From Pseudomonadales bacterium (GTDB lineage Bacteria; Pseudomonadota; Gammaproteobacteria; Pseudomonadales; DC-out160), in the NCBI GenBank assembly GCA_019090455.1, contig JAHRWA010000008.1, positions 8,083-72,082 of the forward strand: a DNA stretch of 64,000 nt, written 5' to 3'. A program made the translations under genes and the position numbers. Shown one piece after another: positions 18,301-26,875 of this stretch (positions are counted from its first letter, which is position 1; each line of letters starts with the position of its first letter). The notes below the pieces were generated by a model. That model saw only the letters and a program-made list of their open reading frames with translations. It searched no databases and was not told where the DNA came from.

Positions 18301-20875
18301 AACGTTGATTAAAGGAGCCGTCGCAGGATTCTTACAAAGTTATAGCGCCGATATAGAATTATCGGAGGGTATCAATCACTTCGTTGTGAATTCTGTCGAT
18401 ATTGCCGGTAATGTTGCCGCACTGGAATTTGATATTGAATACGCATCAATTGAATCTGTTAGTGATGTTGATATGTTGTCGCCTCGGCTGGAGAGCTGCT
18501 TTGATGAAGAGGGGGAAGCTGCAATTTGCGGGTCGACAGGTGCGATTGACGAAATGGCCACGTCCTATCACGGAGATACCACGGTATTTTCCTCCAGCGG
18601 ACGACGTTTTGTTCATGGTGATTTTAATAAGGAGCAGGATGTCTTTGTTTATCGTAATGGATTGTTGTCTTTAGTGAGTAGTACGCAAGATCTAGAGCAG
18701 AGCAATGGGAGAAGCCAGCAGCCTGCTGTTTCAGGAAACGGTCGATATATTGTCTTTCAAAGTGCAGCGACGAATCTGGTCGCTAATACAGAACAAACGA
18801 GTAGCACGCAGAAGAACTTATATATAAAAGACTTGGATACAGGAAAAATTGCGGTAATTTCCCGAGAAAGCGACCAATCCCCTGCAAATCTATTCGGTAG
18901 TTTTAATTATTTATCTGCGATTACCTATTCGGGACGTTATGTGTTTTTTTCTGCTCGTGTGAATCGATTCGTTGACGGAATGACCTCACCGGATAATTTT
19001 AACAAGATGTACATGGTTGATCTTGATCCCGATGCTAACGGAGATTATTTTGATGATAATTATCAAAATCACGCAGTCTCCTATAGAGCCGATGAAGAAA
19101 CAGAAATGTTAGCGGGAAATATGTTGAACGCCAGTGTGAGCCAGAATGGTAAATACCTGGCGTTCAGTACGGGTGTGAATGAACTCACTACGTCTGCAGG
19201 TATTATGTTGTTTAAATTTTCCGGCAATGATGTAGATGGCACGTTGGATGTGTCTCAGAGAGAAGCCGTTTTTATTGGGGGCGGTAGTTTGGCTCGTGTT
19301 AGCCCAAGAGGTGATAGTGTTGCTTTCCTCACTCGTGATAATTTAACGGCAGATGATGACAATCAAGATGGCGTTGATGCGGACATCTATCTTTCGTCGG
19401 GTGAAACAGCAGGCGGAAGTTTTAGTAATCGTCAGCTTGAATTGGTAAGCAAGTCCCATGACGGTGGAGGGTCAGCAGGTAACGGCGGATATGTCATTAA
19501 ACATATTGCTATTAGCCAGGATGCTCCTTCAAGCTCAAGTGACAGCGACGTAAAAGTCAGTTGGGTGTCGGAACACAATAATATTGTGTTGAACGACGGT
19601 AATAATGCAGAAGACCTTTTTGTTTATCGCCAGTCACTCACTTTTCCTGATGGTTTAGAAGTGCCGAATTGGATTAGCAGTGATACACCCTCTATTAACG
19701 TCGGAGCGGGCCTGTTAACCCCAGATGGGCGTTACGCTCTCTGGACGACTCGACAAACTTACTTTGATCCGTTTGCACCCGATGGGAATACCAACGTCTA
19801 TCGACGACGAATTGATCCCATTGCAGAAATCACATTAGACGTAGCGATAGTCGGTGACGGTACTGTGAATCGCTTTCCGGAAGGCAGTGAAGTCACAGCC
19901 TCTACGTTTGATTATAATGACGATGAACAGGTCGTGTTAACGGCTCGGGCGAATGAGAATTCAGTCTTTATCGGCTGGACGATCGCTGATGGAGCGGGTA
20001 GCAGTGGTTTGGGTAGCGATGGCAACAGTACAAACTCTGTCTTGACATTAAAAATGCATGAGGCGAAAAGTGTTGTCGCGAATTTCGAAACCGTTCCTGG
20101 CCCTGTATCAGCGGCCGTTGAAATCACTACTGATCAGAATGTAGAAAGTCTCGGTGTAGAACCCGTCATCCAAGGTGAGCCGCAGCATTTGTATTCGGTA
20201 ACAATAGAGTCTAACCCGTTAAACGGTCAGGTTCGAGCCAGCAACGGCCTGCTGTTTTATAAACCCGATGTCGATTTTGTTGGCAGCGATAGTTTTACCT
20301 TCCAAGTTGAGAATCAATTTGGACAACGCTTGGCGACACCCGCTACTGGGACCGTTATTGTTAACGCCGTTAACCAGGCGCCAGAATCTGCAACATTAGT
20401 CATTGAAACTCAAATGAATGTTGCCAGTGAATTAACAGAGCCTGAAATTGTCGACAGTACTGAGGATGAGGTATTTACTTACCGTGTGCTGATCCCACCA
20501 AACAATGGTGTTGTTAACATCATTGATGACGGCTTTATCTATACTCCGGTAACGGGGTTTGTGGGTGAGGATAGTTTTCTGTATCAGATAACGGATTCCG
20601 CCGATAACACGCTATCGGCAACAGCAACGATTACAGTACTGTCGTCCACGTTTGTTGAGCCATCGGAAGAACCCGTTGAGAATACAAATCCAGACATCGT
20701 TGATGAAACTGAAGATCCTATCGAAGATGAATCTAATCCGCCCTCGAATGATGATGCGGGTGAAGAGTCAGGTGGCGGCGGTGGAGGTGGTGCGTTGGAA
20801 CCTGTGAGGCTTTTTGTCTTCATGATGCTACTGCTTTTTCTTAGAATGAGGGGGTTGCGAAGAAAATTGGTGTAG
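15380..20875 (+). CDS. Giant secreted multidomain protein: lipase-like alpha/beta hydrolase, Ig-like domains, TolB/PD40-like beta-propeller repeats, InlB-B-type repeat, two cadherin/Big-like domains, acidic linker and a GlyGly-CTERM-like anchor
   Basis: The signal peptide is FIFLSQFLLITANA. The hydrolase has PVLFIHGVNSDG and the nucleophile elbow LTHSMGS. Repeated PD40-like strands are present (SGNGRYIVFQSAATNLV, SQNGKYLAFST, SPRGDSVAFLT, TPDGRYALWTT). There is an SVFIGWT-type repeat and two DFVG.DSF.(F/Y)Q modules. The C-terminus is SGGGGGGALEPVRLFVFMMLLLFLRMRGLRRKLV, a Gly run followed by a TM helix and a basic cluster. Confidence 0.75.
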   Translation: MSIGKCEALKRHQSRQTLGQSIDHYKKRIRYAGFIFLSQFLLITANAETVTILPDGPDQMPVLFIHGVNSDGALWGVGPTEGHLGGRVDLASKYIETKTLGPARSPSRFFDQQGIPNWAVQWKAEGGDSPYASADEGHAFLQTPAELRAGVDWIEGTWTSQNNPLPSAKSVLASLHILDVDTTNLPLPITEIDKVAAPNFSRLMIAAQLPGRHNYQTAGRIDGRADNLLDMLASERSEMGKLGKYRQVNILTHSMGSLITRAALHKAVEDGSRQDSEFVANVIYNAPPFAGSTLAYLANLLFEPTLVTREVFADPMVRRMLETHPVAVASIGGLIDVIISPLYRELGFTSTSFYGSLPLSFKVTKFLLDRTNGGNAGILLLNYLTVDIFWGNVAATFMNTGLRALLRDYNGLPGMKELEPEGGATHITRYDNHPDIKQFVTLGNGGPQVNLFPDNLSSIVTNPDILFNPPFLSAQQDDLALATGSAELLTTTDAFGPAMTLLSPINSTSGVFNGFTHEDLWSHNVPAMAPVWLKTLWVPPTSLILDGDVIEADSASRSYVINDLDTEIRFESESFDKALTFTAPFPVNQQDSLTINVAAASHQYRVIPDNGTFTEVEEWQELAVGSSLSFRQIVDDFSLSGTPFFLEWRSINAIGGREMIRRARFAVIGDVAQISSYRLLAVDYSEVLEKSAYSHLDAKAVRNKLLLRTLEGNASLLEKLAQVQAQTEAKWVLRNPQSKALFFTFDARTDIEYAWDDETLSNPSNRADVDSAVINLGSLSEGRHNLFIRTSVSAIGVTQQSDIMQFSVLVDNTPPLIHFTQASNHPLGVVVGPMTPLYFTVQDIETNAATGVALLAGQEKWTYPDSKIFNLNNTDFIEDLESKGIAGGFVDIVFNAEDAVGNRSEITEQFYLDIVSPDQEIVEITDTLLVAQGEYKTATKTVTLVLDQSDSGAGVTENPHLMGVHENGELVANETLIKGAVAGFLQSYSADIELSEGINHFVVNSVDIAGNVAALEFDIEYASIESVSDVDMLSPRLESCFDEEGEAAICGSTGAIDEMATSYHGDTTVFSSSGRRFVHGDFNKEQDVFVYRNGLLSLVSSTQDLEQSNGRSQQPAVSGNGRYIVFQSAATNLVANTEQTSSTQKNLYIKDLDTGKIAVISRESDQSPANLFGSFNYLSAITYSGRYVFFSARVNRFVDGMTSPDNFNKMYMVDLDPDANGDYFDDNYQNHAVSYRADEETEMLAGNMLNASVSQNGKYLAFSTGVNELTTSAGIMLFKFSGNDVDGTLDVSQREAVFIGGGSLARVSPRGDSVAFLTRDNLTADDDNQDGVDADIYLSSGETAGGSFSNRQLELVSKSHDGGGSAGNGGYVIKHIAISQDAPSSSSDSDVKVSWVSEHNNIVLNDGNNAEDLFVYRQSLTFPDGLEVPNWISSDTPSINVGAGLLTPDGRYALWTTRQTYFDPFAPDGNTNVYRRRIDPIAEITLDVAIVGDGTVNRFPEGSEVTASTFDYNDDEQVVLTARANENSVFIGWTIADGAGSSGLGSDGNSTNSVLTLKMHEAKSVVANFETVPGPVSAAVEITTDQNVESLGVEPVIQGEPQHLYSVTIESNPLNGQVRASNGLLFYKPDVDFVGSDSFTFQVENQFGQRLATPATGTVIVNAVNQAPESATLVIETQMNVASELTEPEIVDSTEDEVFTYRVLIPPNNGVVNIIDDGFIYTPVTGFVGEDSFLYQITDSADNTLSATATITVLSSTFVEPSEEPVENTNPDIVDETEDPIEDESNPPSNDDAGEESGGGGGGGALEPVRLFVFMMLLLFLRMRGLRRKLV

Positions 20876-21123
20876 CTTCGTTAGGGGATACACCCATCCT
20901 TGAAAACTGATTTAAGGTAGTGAATTGAATGATTTTTCGAGGATTGATGAAAAGGTAAGATAGGTTGAAAGGGTCCTGTTAATAGAAAAGCTAGAAAAGC
21001 GAATGGACAGTTAGCTTGTTGATCATGTCTTACGATTAGTCAGTGCTGACAATTCATCGCTATTGGTACCCGGCATTACGCAATCAGAAATAATCTCTTT
21101 ACAAAATGGGAGCTGATTATCAA

Positions 21124-22110
21124 TTAGAAAATGTCATGAGAGGTGTTGCCGTATATCTGTGGTTCTTGTTTGTAGCCTAGACCTTTTTTAATTGAATCTC
21201 GCTTAACGCTCCGGCGTACACTTTGATATATAGTATCGAGCTGCTTGGTTCCCTTTGATAACTGGTCGATGAGGTAATAGGAAAAGAGCCTATGTCCCTT
21301 ATCTTGAAAATCATTTGCGAATTCATTACTTTTTCCGGCGGTAAAAACGGCGAGCTTGCGGCTATCGACTTTTTCTTTTTTCACCTTTAATACGGGCGCG
21401 ACTCCCTTGTATAATAGATTGCCTTCATCATCTTTACCGCTAAAGCACGAATCAATGAATACAAATACACTAGATGCCGACGAGGAGGAAAGTTTTTTAT
21501 AGATATTGCTCAACTTCAAGTTAGGTTCTAAATAAATGGCATCGGCACTCATGTCTGCAGGCAATAAATAGGTATCTCCATCTTTGCCTGGTACACCATG
21601 ACCGGCAAAATAGAGATAGATTTTGGAGTCATTCTCCGCCAGCTCCCTTAGTGTTTCGATTTTGTATTTCAGTTGGCCACTACTAGCTTCATCGTTATAC
21701 AGGGTTAAGATATTTTTCTCGGGAATACCGAATGTCGTATTTGCCAATTGATAAAAAGACTGCGCTGACGAATCAGCATACATCACATTGGTGTTTTGTT
21801 TGTATTCATTGATGCCGATAATCAAGGCGTAGGAGTTGTCATTGATGTTGGGGTTTTTAGTGTAGGTGAAAGCGCTTTTCCGTCTTTTACTGTTTTTCGA
21901 AAGCTTAGCGCGTCTTGTACTCTTAGGACTATCTGAGGACTCGTTAGGCTGAGCGTCACCTTTACCGCTGGATAGAGTTGTTATCGTATCAGCGAGAGTG
22001 TTGGCCGCTTCCGAAGATGCCTCGAGTATATTGTTGACGGCAACGGAGGAGCAGCCAAAGAAGACCGCTGACATTAGGCAGATCATGATGAGTCGTGTTA
22101 GAGCAATCAT
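21124..22110 (-). CDS. Caspase-fold (peptidase C14 / orthocaspase-like) lipoprotein
   Basis: The lipobox is AVFFGCSS. A low-complexity linker follows, then YALIIGINEY, the catalytic His in YLYFAGHGVPG and the catalytic Cys in VFIDSCFSGK. The ATG at 22110 is preceded by GGAGA; the track ORF starts 15 nt earlier at a TTG. Confidence 0.8.
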   Translation of the reverse strand: MIALTRLIMICLMSAVFFGCSSVAVNNILEASSEAANTLADTITTLSSGKGDAQPNESSDSPKSTRRAKLSKNSKRRKSAFTYTKNPNINDNSYALIIGINEYKQNTNVMYADSSAQSFYQLANTTFGIPEKNILTLYNDEASSGQLKYKIETLRELAENDSKIYLYFAGHGVPGKDGDTYLLPADMSADAIYLEPNLKLSNIYKKLSSSSASSVFVFIDSCFSGKDDEGNLLYKGVAPVLKVKKEKVDSRKLAVFTAGKSNEFANDFQDKGHRLFSYYLIDQLSKGTKQLDTIYQSVRRSVKRDSIKKGLGYKQEPQIYGNTSHDIF

Positions 22111-22332
22111 GCTATATATCTCCAATTAATTGAGTAGCAGTCCCATAGGGCCACGAATTTAGATAGGTTGTGAATACATCCCTTCGCTGGGATAGCGGTG
22201 GCACTAATTCTATCAGTAGATACTGAATTAGACGAAGCTAATAATAACAATGTGACTCCTTTAGGCCGTGAGTTAGACTATATACCTCTTCCAATCTCCC
22301 TTCGCAAAGTCGGTCATATTTTAATGATGTTA

Positions 22333-22734
22333 ATGAAATACATTGCGTTATCCTTTGTACTACTGCTGGCGGGTTGTGGCTTTATTTCAGATGAGCTGTT
22401 GAATTGCCTTAATCGTGAACTTGAATTTTCTCAAAGCACCATTCCGCCAGCGGTATTGAACCAAGAGTATCAAACGACAATTTCAGCGGCTATTCGTCAT
22501 ACCCCTGACGATGACGTTTATTCCTATCGCCTTTCTTTATCGGGGGATTTACCATCTGGCCTTGAATATTATCGTTCCTCTTCTAGTCGGCATATGGAGT
22601 TTCGGGGAACACCTCTTGAAAGTGGAGACTTTCCATTTGAATTGCGAGTCTCTTTGCCTATGGATGATGAGGATCTATTTTGCGGGGAAAATGTGCTAAC
22701 GCAGAGCTATACCTTACGCGTATCGGTCATGTAG
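22333..22734 (+). CDS. Small lipoprotein with a putative Ig-like domain
   Basis: MKYIALSFVLLLAGCGF is a signal peptide with a lipobox; the track ORF begins upstream at a GTG. LSGDLPSGLEY resembles the 'putative Ig' surface-protein repeat. The function is unknown. Confidence 0.5.
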   Translation: MKYIALSFVLLLAGCGFISDELLNCLNRELEFSQSTIPPAVLNQEYQTTISAAIRHTPDDDVYSYRLSLSGDLPSGLEYYRSSSSRHMEFRGTPLESGDFPFELRVSLPMDDEDLFCGENVLTQSYTLRVSVM

Positions 22735-22845
22735 TGGTTGAAACGAGAAAGGATGCATCTGTTGACAATGTTAGATATCATCGCATCTAGCACATTATTT
22801 TTAGTCATCAGGTGAGTCAAAAGTCACTATGAGAATTGTATTTGA

Positions 22846-23847
22846 ATGACAGTATTTAAACGGACATCCTTCTTTTTTCTACCCCCTCTCTTTTTTTCTA
22901 TTCTGCTTCTTGTTTGGCACGACGGGGTTTTTGCCGCATATCCTGCTTGGTATTTAAAGTCAGCGACTAACAGCTATGAACTTTACGGCTATGGGCAGGG
23001 GGCGACGATTAATGATGCGAAGGCAAGAGCGTTACTTGATATTGCCCAGGCGTTGGAGGTTCAGGTCGAAGGCTCAATGACGATATCTGAATCGTTACAT
23101 AACGATAATTTTGAGAGCGCTGTTTCTCAAGATGTTAAAACCTCTTCCTCTTCCGTTATTGTGGGTGCGGTACTAAAAAATTTCCACGAGAGTGAGGGTA
23201 TTTGGTATGTGTTGCTCACCTACGATACCCGGTCGCTAGGTTTGAAGTTTAAGAGTGTGTTGAAAGCCAGAGCGCTGGTGGAAGAGACGAATAATTATTT
23301 GTCTGAATCCAGTTTAGTCAGCAAGATAAATCAACAGGTAGGCGTCAAATTACGCTACCAAGTTTTACGGGAAGATGACCTTTGGAAAATTCGCTACAAA
23401 GACGTTAAGTTTACGCTTACTGAATCGGAGTTAATAAAAACATTTAAGCCTAACAAGGGAAAATCGATAGGCTTAAAGCTCAATAAAAAAATATATTATC
23501 CTGAAGATGTTATGACGTTTGATGTTACCTCACGAGACAAAGGATTCGTGTCCATTCTTTTGGTAGAAAAAAATGGCAAGGTCGGTGTTCTTTATTCCAA
23601 TATTGAAAGTCACTCGAAGATGGTCGTTCCTAGCAAAGATAGCGATGAGGAAATAATCGTATCGAATCCAGAACAAAAAGTCCTGCACGAAATGTACGTC
23701 GCAATCTGGAGTGAAAACCCTAGGGACTTATCATTATTTGAAGATATTCAGAGTGATTATCTTGATGATAGTAACTATAAATTTGGAGACCTCACCAATC
23801 TATTGGACACTGTAGATTACAGTTCGGCAGTCATAAAAATAAAGTAG
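22846..23847 (+). CDS. Secreted LPP20-like / DUF4384-like two-domain protein
   Basis: The signal peptide is FFFLPPLFFSILLLVWHDGVFA. The N-terminal PAWY...YGYGQGATINDAKARALLDIAQ resembles LPP20-family proteins. The C-terminal KIYYPEDVMTFDVTSRDKGFVSILLVEKNGKVGVLYSN resembles DUF4384. Both calls rest on remembered family patterns. Confidence 0.5.
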   Translation: MTVFKRTSFFFLPPLFFSILLLVWHDGVFAAYPAWYLKSATNSYELYGYGQGATINDAKARALLDIAQALEVQVEGSMTISESLHNDNFESAVSQDVKTSSSSVIVGAVLKNFHESEGIWYVLLTYDTRSLGLKFKSVLKARALVEETNNYLSESSLVSKINQQVGVKLRYQVLREDDLWKIRYKDVKFTLTESELIKTFKPNKGKSIGLKLNKKIYYPEDVMTFDVTSRDKGFVSILLVEKNGKVGVLYSNIESHSKMVVPSKDSDEEIIVSNPEQKVLHEMYVAIWSENPRDLSLFEDIQSDYLDDSNYKFGDLTNLLDTVDYSSAVIKIK

Positions 23848-24008
23848 ATTGAAACTGACACCATCCCCTGGTGCGATAATTCTCTTCTGAAGGTACAATG
23901 TTTCAAATTTAGGGGGCAGCGCCAAATCGGGGCTGGTCTTACACTATGAGTAGAGCTTCAAACTTAGGCTAATTTTATTTATCGATAGTTGAGCTATTTC
24001 TAGCGGAG

Positions 24009-25136
24009 ATGTACGTGAAAACTGTAGTAATAAGTGGTACTGGCTTGTATACGCCAAAGGAGTCCATTAGTAATGATGAGCTGGTGGAGACATTCAATCA
24101 ATATGTGGGCAATTATAACAAGAGCCACGAGGCAGAAATCGAAGCCGGCACAGTTACGGCGTTAGATGTATCCAGCTCAGCGTTTATCGAAAAAGCATCA
24201 GGTATCAAGAGCCGGTATGTGATGAATAAATCGGGGGTGCTTGACCCGGAAGTCATGCACCCGCTTATTCCTGATCGCCCTGATGAAGCGCAATCACTGC
24301 AGTGTGAAATGGCAGTTGTCGCGATAGATCAAGCACTTAGCCAGTCGGGAAAAGAGGCTGGTGATATCGATTTTGTGGTCGTGGCTTGTTCCAATATGCA
24401 GCGAGCTTACCCCGCGATATCAGTGGAGATTCAAGATGCCCTAGGGTTTGAGGGTTATGGCTACGATATGAATGTAGCATGTTCTTCAGCGACCTTTGGT
24501 ATTCAGGCAGCGATGGATGCTATCCGCTCTGGTTCTGCTTCCTGTGTAGTGGTGGTTAATCCTGAAATATGCTCTGGACATTTGGATTGGACAGATCGTG
24601 ATTGCCATTTTATTTTTGGTGATGTTTGTACTGCCATTGTTTTAGAAGCGGAAGAAACGTGCACTAGTGACAATGCATTTGAAATCGTGGGTACCAAATT
24701 GATCACTCGGTTTTCAAGCAATATTCGAAATAACTATGGTTTTATGAATCGCGCCGATCCCAGTGCTGTGGGTGCGAGAGATAAGTTGTTTAAGCAACAA
24801 GGAAGAAAAGTGTTTAAGGAAGTTGTGCCGATGGTGAGTCAATTGATCACTGAGCATATTCAGTCTCTGGACATCACTAATACTCAGTTGAAGCGGCTTT
24901 GGTTGCATCAAGCAAACTTGGGTATGAATTTGCTCATTACAAAGCGGGTCTTAGGCCGAGAAGCGGTCAAGAATGAAGCTCCTATAATACTGGATGAATT
25001 TGCTAACACGAGTTCCGCTGGCTCCATTGTGGCTTTCCACCGTCATAATGATGATTTCGAGACTGGAGATATTGGATTGATCTGTTCTTTCGGTGCGGGC
25101 TATTCTGCAGGGAGTGTGGTTGTTCGTAAGCGATAG
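24009..25136 (+). CDS. Beta-ketoacyl-ACP synthase III (FabH-like, long form)
   Basis: The active-site Cys lies in NVACSSATFG, the His in LWLHQANLGMN and the Asn in FANTSSAGS. The C-terminus has SFGAGYS. Confidence 0.8.
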   Translation: MYVKTVVISGTGLYTPKESISNDELVETFNQYVGNYNKSHEAEIEAGTVTALDVSSSAFIEKASGIKSRYVMNKSGVLDPEVMHPLIPDRPDEAQSLQCEMAVVAIDQALSQSGKEAGDIDFVVVACSNMQRAYPAISVEIQDALGFEGYGYDMNVACSSATFGIQAAMDAIRSGSASCVVVVNPEICSGHLDWTDRDCHFIFGDVCTAIVLEAEETCTSDNAFEIVGTKLITRFSSNIRNNYGFMNRADPSAVGARDKLFKQQGRKVFKEVVPMVSQLITEHIQSLDITNTQLKRLWLHQANLGMNLLITKRVLGREAVKNEAPIILDEFANTSSAGSIVAFHRHNDDFETGDIGLICSFGAGYSAGSVVVRKR

Positions 25137-25602
25137 TGTTTCTCTATTTTCCATTGTGCCTGCGATAACGTTGGCACATGGGATCTTCTAAGTATTTCTT
25201 CGTCCCGCCTCAGATCTTTAATCATTTGCTGCACTAGCTAATTTTATCCCTATCCAAAGTTACTACCATTCAATGTTACCGCCATCCAAAGTTGAGACAA
25301 GCTTGAATCGTTATTGAAGTTCGATTGCCAATCGACAGAGAATCATTTTTTGATGATTAGAGTTGTCCACATTGATGTGAGTCAATGGCTTTTAATATGA
25401 TCCCGCTAATCTTCTAGTTTTAGCGCCACTGATCCTTTCTATACATAGAGAATAGAACGACATAGCGAGTAGCAGGTAGAGTTCGAAAATCTCATTTTTG
25501 AGGGATTTCCCCCAATACTCAGATCAGTGTGTGCGTGATACTCAGTTCAATTAGACGCATCACGGAGACAAGTGAGATATGCAGCTGAAGACCCATTTGT
25601 TT

Positions 25603-25670
25603 AATGAATCTAGGCTTAATGAATCTAGGCTTAATAAATCTAAGCTTAATAAATCTAGGCTTAAGAAATG
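25603..25670. repeat. 15-bp tandem repeat, about 4.5 copies, at the 5' end of the coxB reading frame
   Basis: The units are aatgaatctaggctt, aatgaatctaggctt, aataaatctaagctt, aataaatctaggctt and a partial aagaaatg. They translate as LNESR-LNESR-LNKSK-LNKSR in the long ORF. Confidence 0.9.
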
Positions 25671-25680
25671 TTGGATTTTA

Positions 25681-26817
25681 ATGTTTCAGATCACAACAGG
25701 ATCTATTCGATTAGTCGGTTTTCTTTCACTTTTTTTTTGTAGCGTTGCAATGGCATCACCGTCTGATCGATGGCAAATGAATTTGTCACCAGGTGTCACT
25801 GAATTAGGGAAATCCATTTATGATTTGCATATGATCATTGTCTGGATCTGTGTAGCAATTGGGGTCGTCGTTTTTGGTGTGATGGGATACGTGCTGATTG
25901 CCCATCGTAAATCCCTGGGAAGAACACCTGCCACCTTTGATGAAAGCGTCAAAATCGAAATCGCGTGGACGATAGTGCCGACATTGATTTTGATGTTAAT
26001 GGTGGTGCCAGCGACCAAAACGATGATTGAGATCTACGATACTAGTGAAGCAGATCTGGATATTATGATCACCGGCTACCAATGGAAATGGAAATATGAA
26101 TACATCGACAATGAGGGTGGTGAAAATTTCTCTTTCATGAGTATCCTGTCCACTCCGCAAGACCAGATCAATAACCTTGAGCCCAAAGGTGAAAACTACT
26201 TATTAGAAGTGGATGAGCCATTAGTGATTCCTGTGAATAAGAAGACGCGCTTGCTGCTCACCGGTGCTGATGTGATACATGCCTGGTGGGTGCCGGCATT
26301 GGCTGTGAAGAAGGACGCGATTCCTGGGTTTGTAAATGAAGCTTGGACCTTGCCCACCGAGATAGGAACTTACCGAGGTCAGTGTGCGGAACTGTGCGGT
26401 AAGGATCACGGATTTATGCCAATCGTGGTTGAGGTAGTGAGTGAAGAGGATTACGCGATTTGGCTAGCCGATAAAAAGAACGCTTCTAAAGTTGATCTTA
26501 GTGTGAAAACGAAAGATGAGCTGATGGCCAGCGGGCAGGCCCTCTATGATAAAAACTGCGCTGCTTGTCATCAGGTAAACGGTAGCGGAATTCCTGGAGT
26601 TTTTCCTGCCTTAATTGACAGCCCTATTGCCTTGGGTGATGTTAAAAAGCATATCGATATTGTAGTCAATGGATTGCCAGGCACAGCGATGGGAGCCTAC
26701 GGAGATCAACTACCGCCCGATGTGTTGGCTGCAATTATTACCTATGAAAGAAATGCTTGGGGCAATGATGTCGGTGACACAGTTCAAGCTGCAGACGTCA
26801 CTAACTTTAATCGTTGA
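25681..26817 (+). CDS. coxB: Cytochrome c oxidase subunit II with a C-terminal cytochrome c domain
   Basis: The CuA site is HAWWVPALAVK...CAELCGKDHGFM and the C-terminal heme-c motif is CAACHQ. The start is uncertain. The ATG at 25681 gives a normal signal/TM N-terminus, while the ATG at 25579 would add the repeat-encoded extension. Confidence 0.88.
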   Translation: MFQITTGSIRLVGFLSLFFCSVAMASPSDRWQMNLSPGVTELGKSIYDLHMIIVWICVAIGVVVFGVMGYVLIAHRKSLGRTPATFDESVKIEIAWTIVPTLILMLMVVPATKTMIEIYDTSEADLDIMITGYQWKWKYEYIDNEGGENFSFMSILSTPQDQINNLEPKGENYLLEVDEPLVIPVNKKTRLLLTGADVIHAWWVPALAVKKDAIPGFVNEAWTLPTEIGTYRGQCAELCGKDHGFMPIVVEVVSEEDYAIWLADKKNASKVDLSVKTKDELMASGQALYDKNCAACHQVNGSGIPGVFPALIDSPIALGDVKKHIDIVVNGLPGTAMGAYGDQLPPDVLAAIITYERNAWGNDVGDTVQAADVTNFNR

Positions 26818-26875
26818 TCTCAATGTTAAATGAATAACTATAAACATTAACTAATAGTCAAAGAAGGGATAAGTA

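Noticed and set aside
25579-25680. An N-terminal 34-aa extension of CoxB containing the LNESR repeats as real protein sequence
   Set aside because: CoxB normally begins with a signal/TM segment, which the ATG at 25681 provides. The extension is encoded entirely by a DNA tandem repeat. I kept it as an open question in the findings but did not annotate it as coding.
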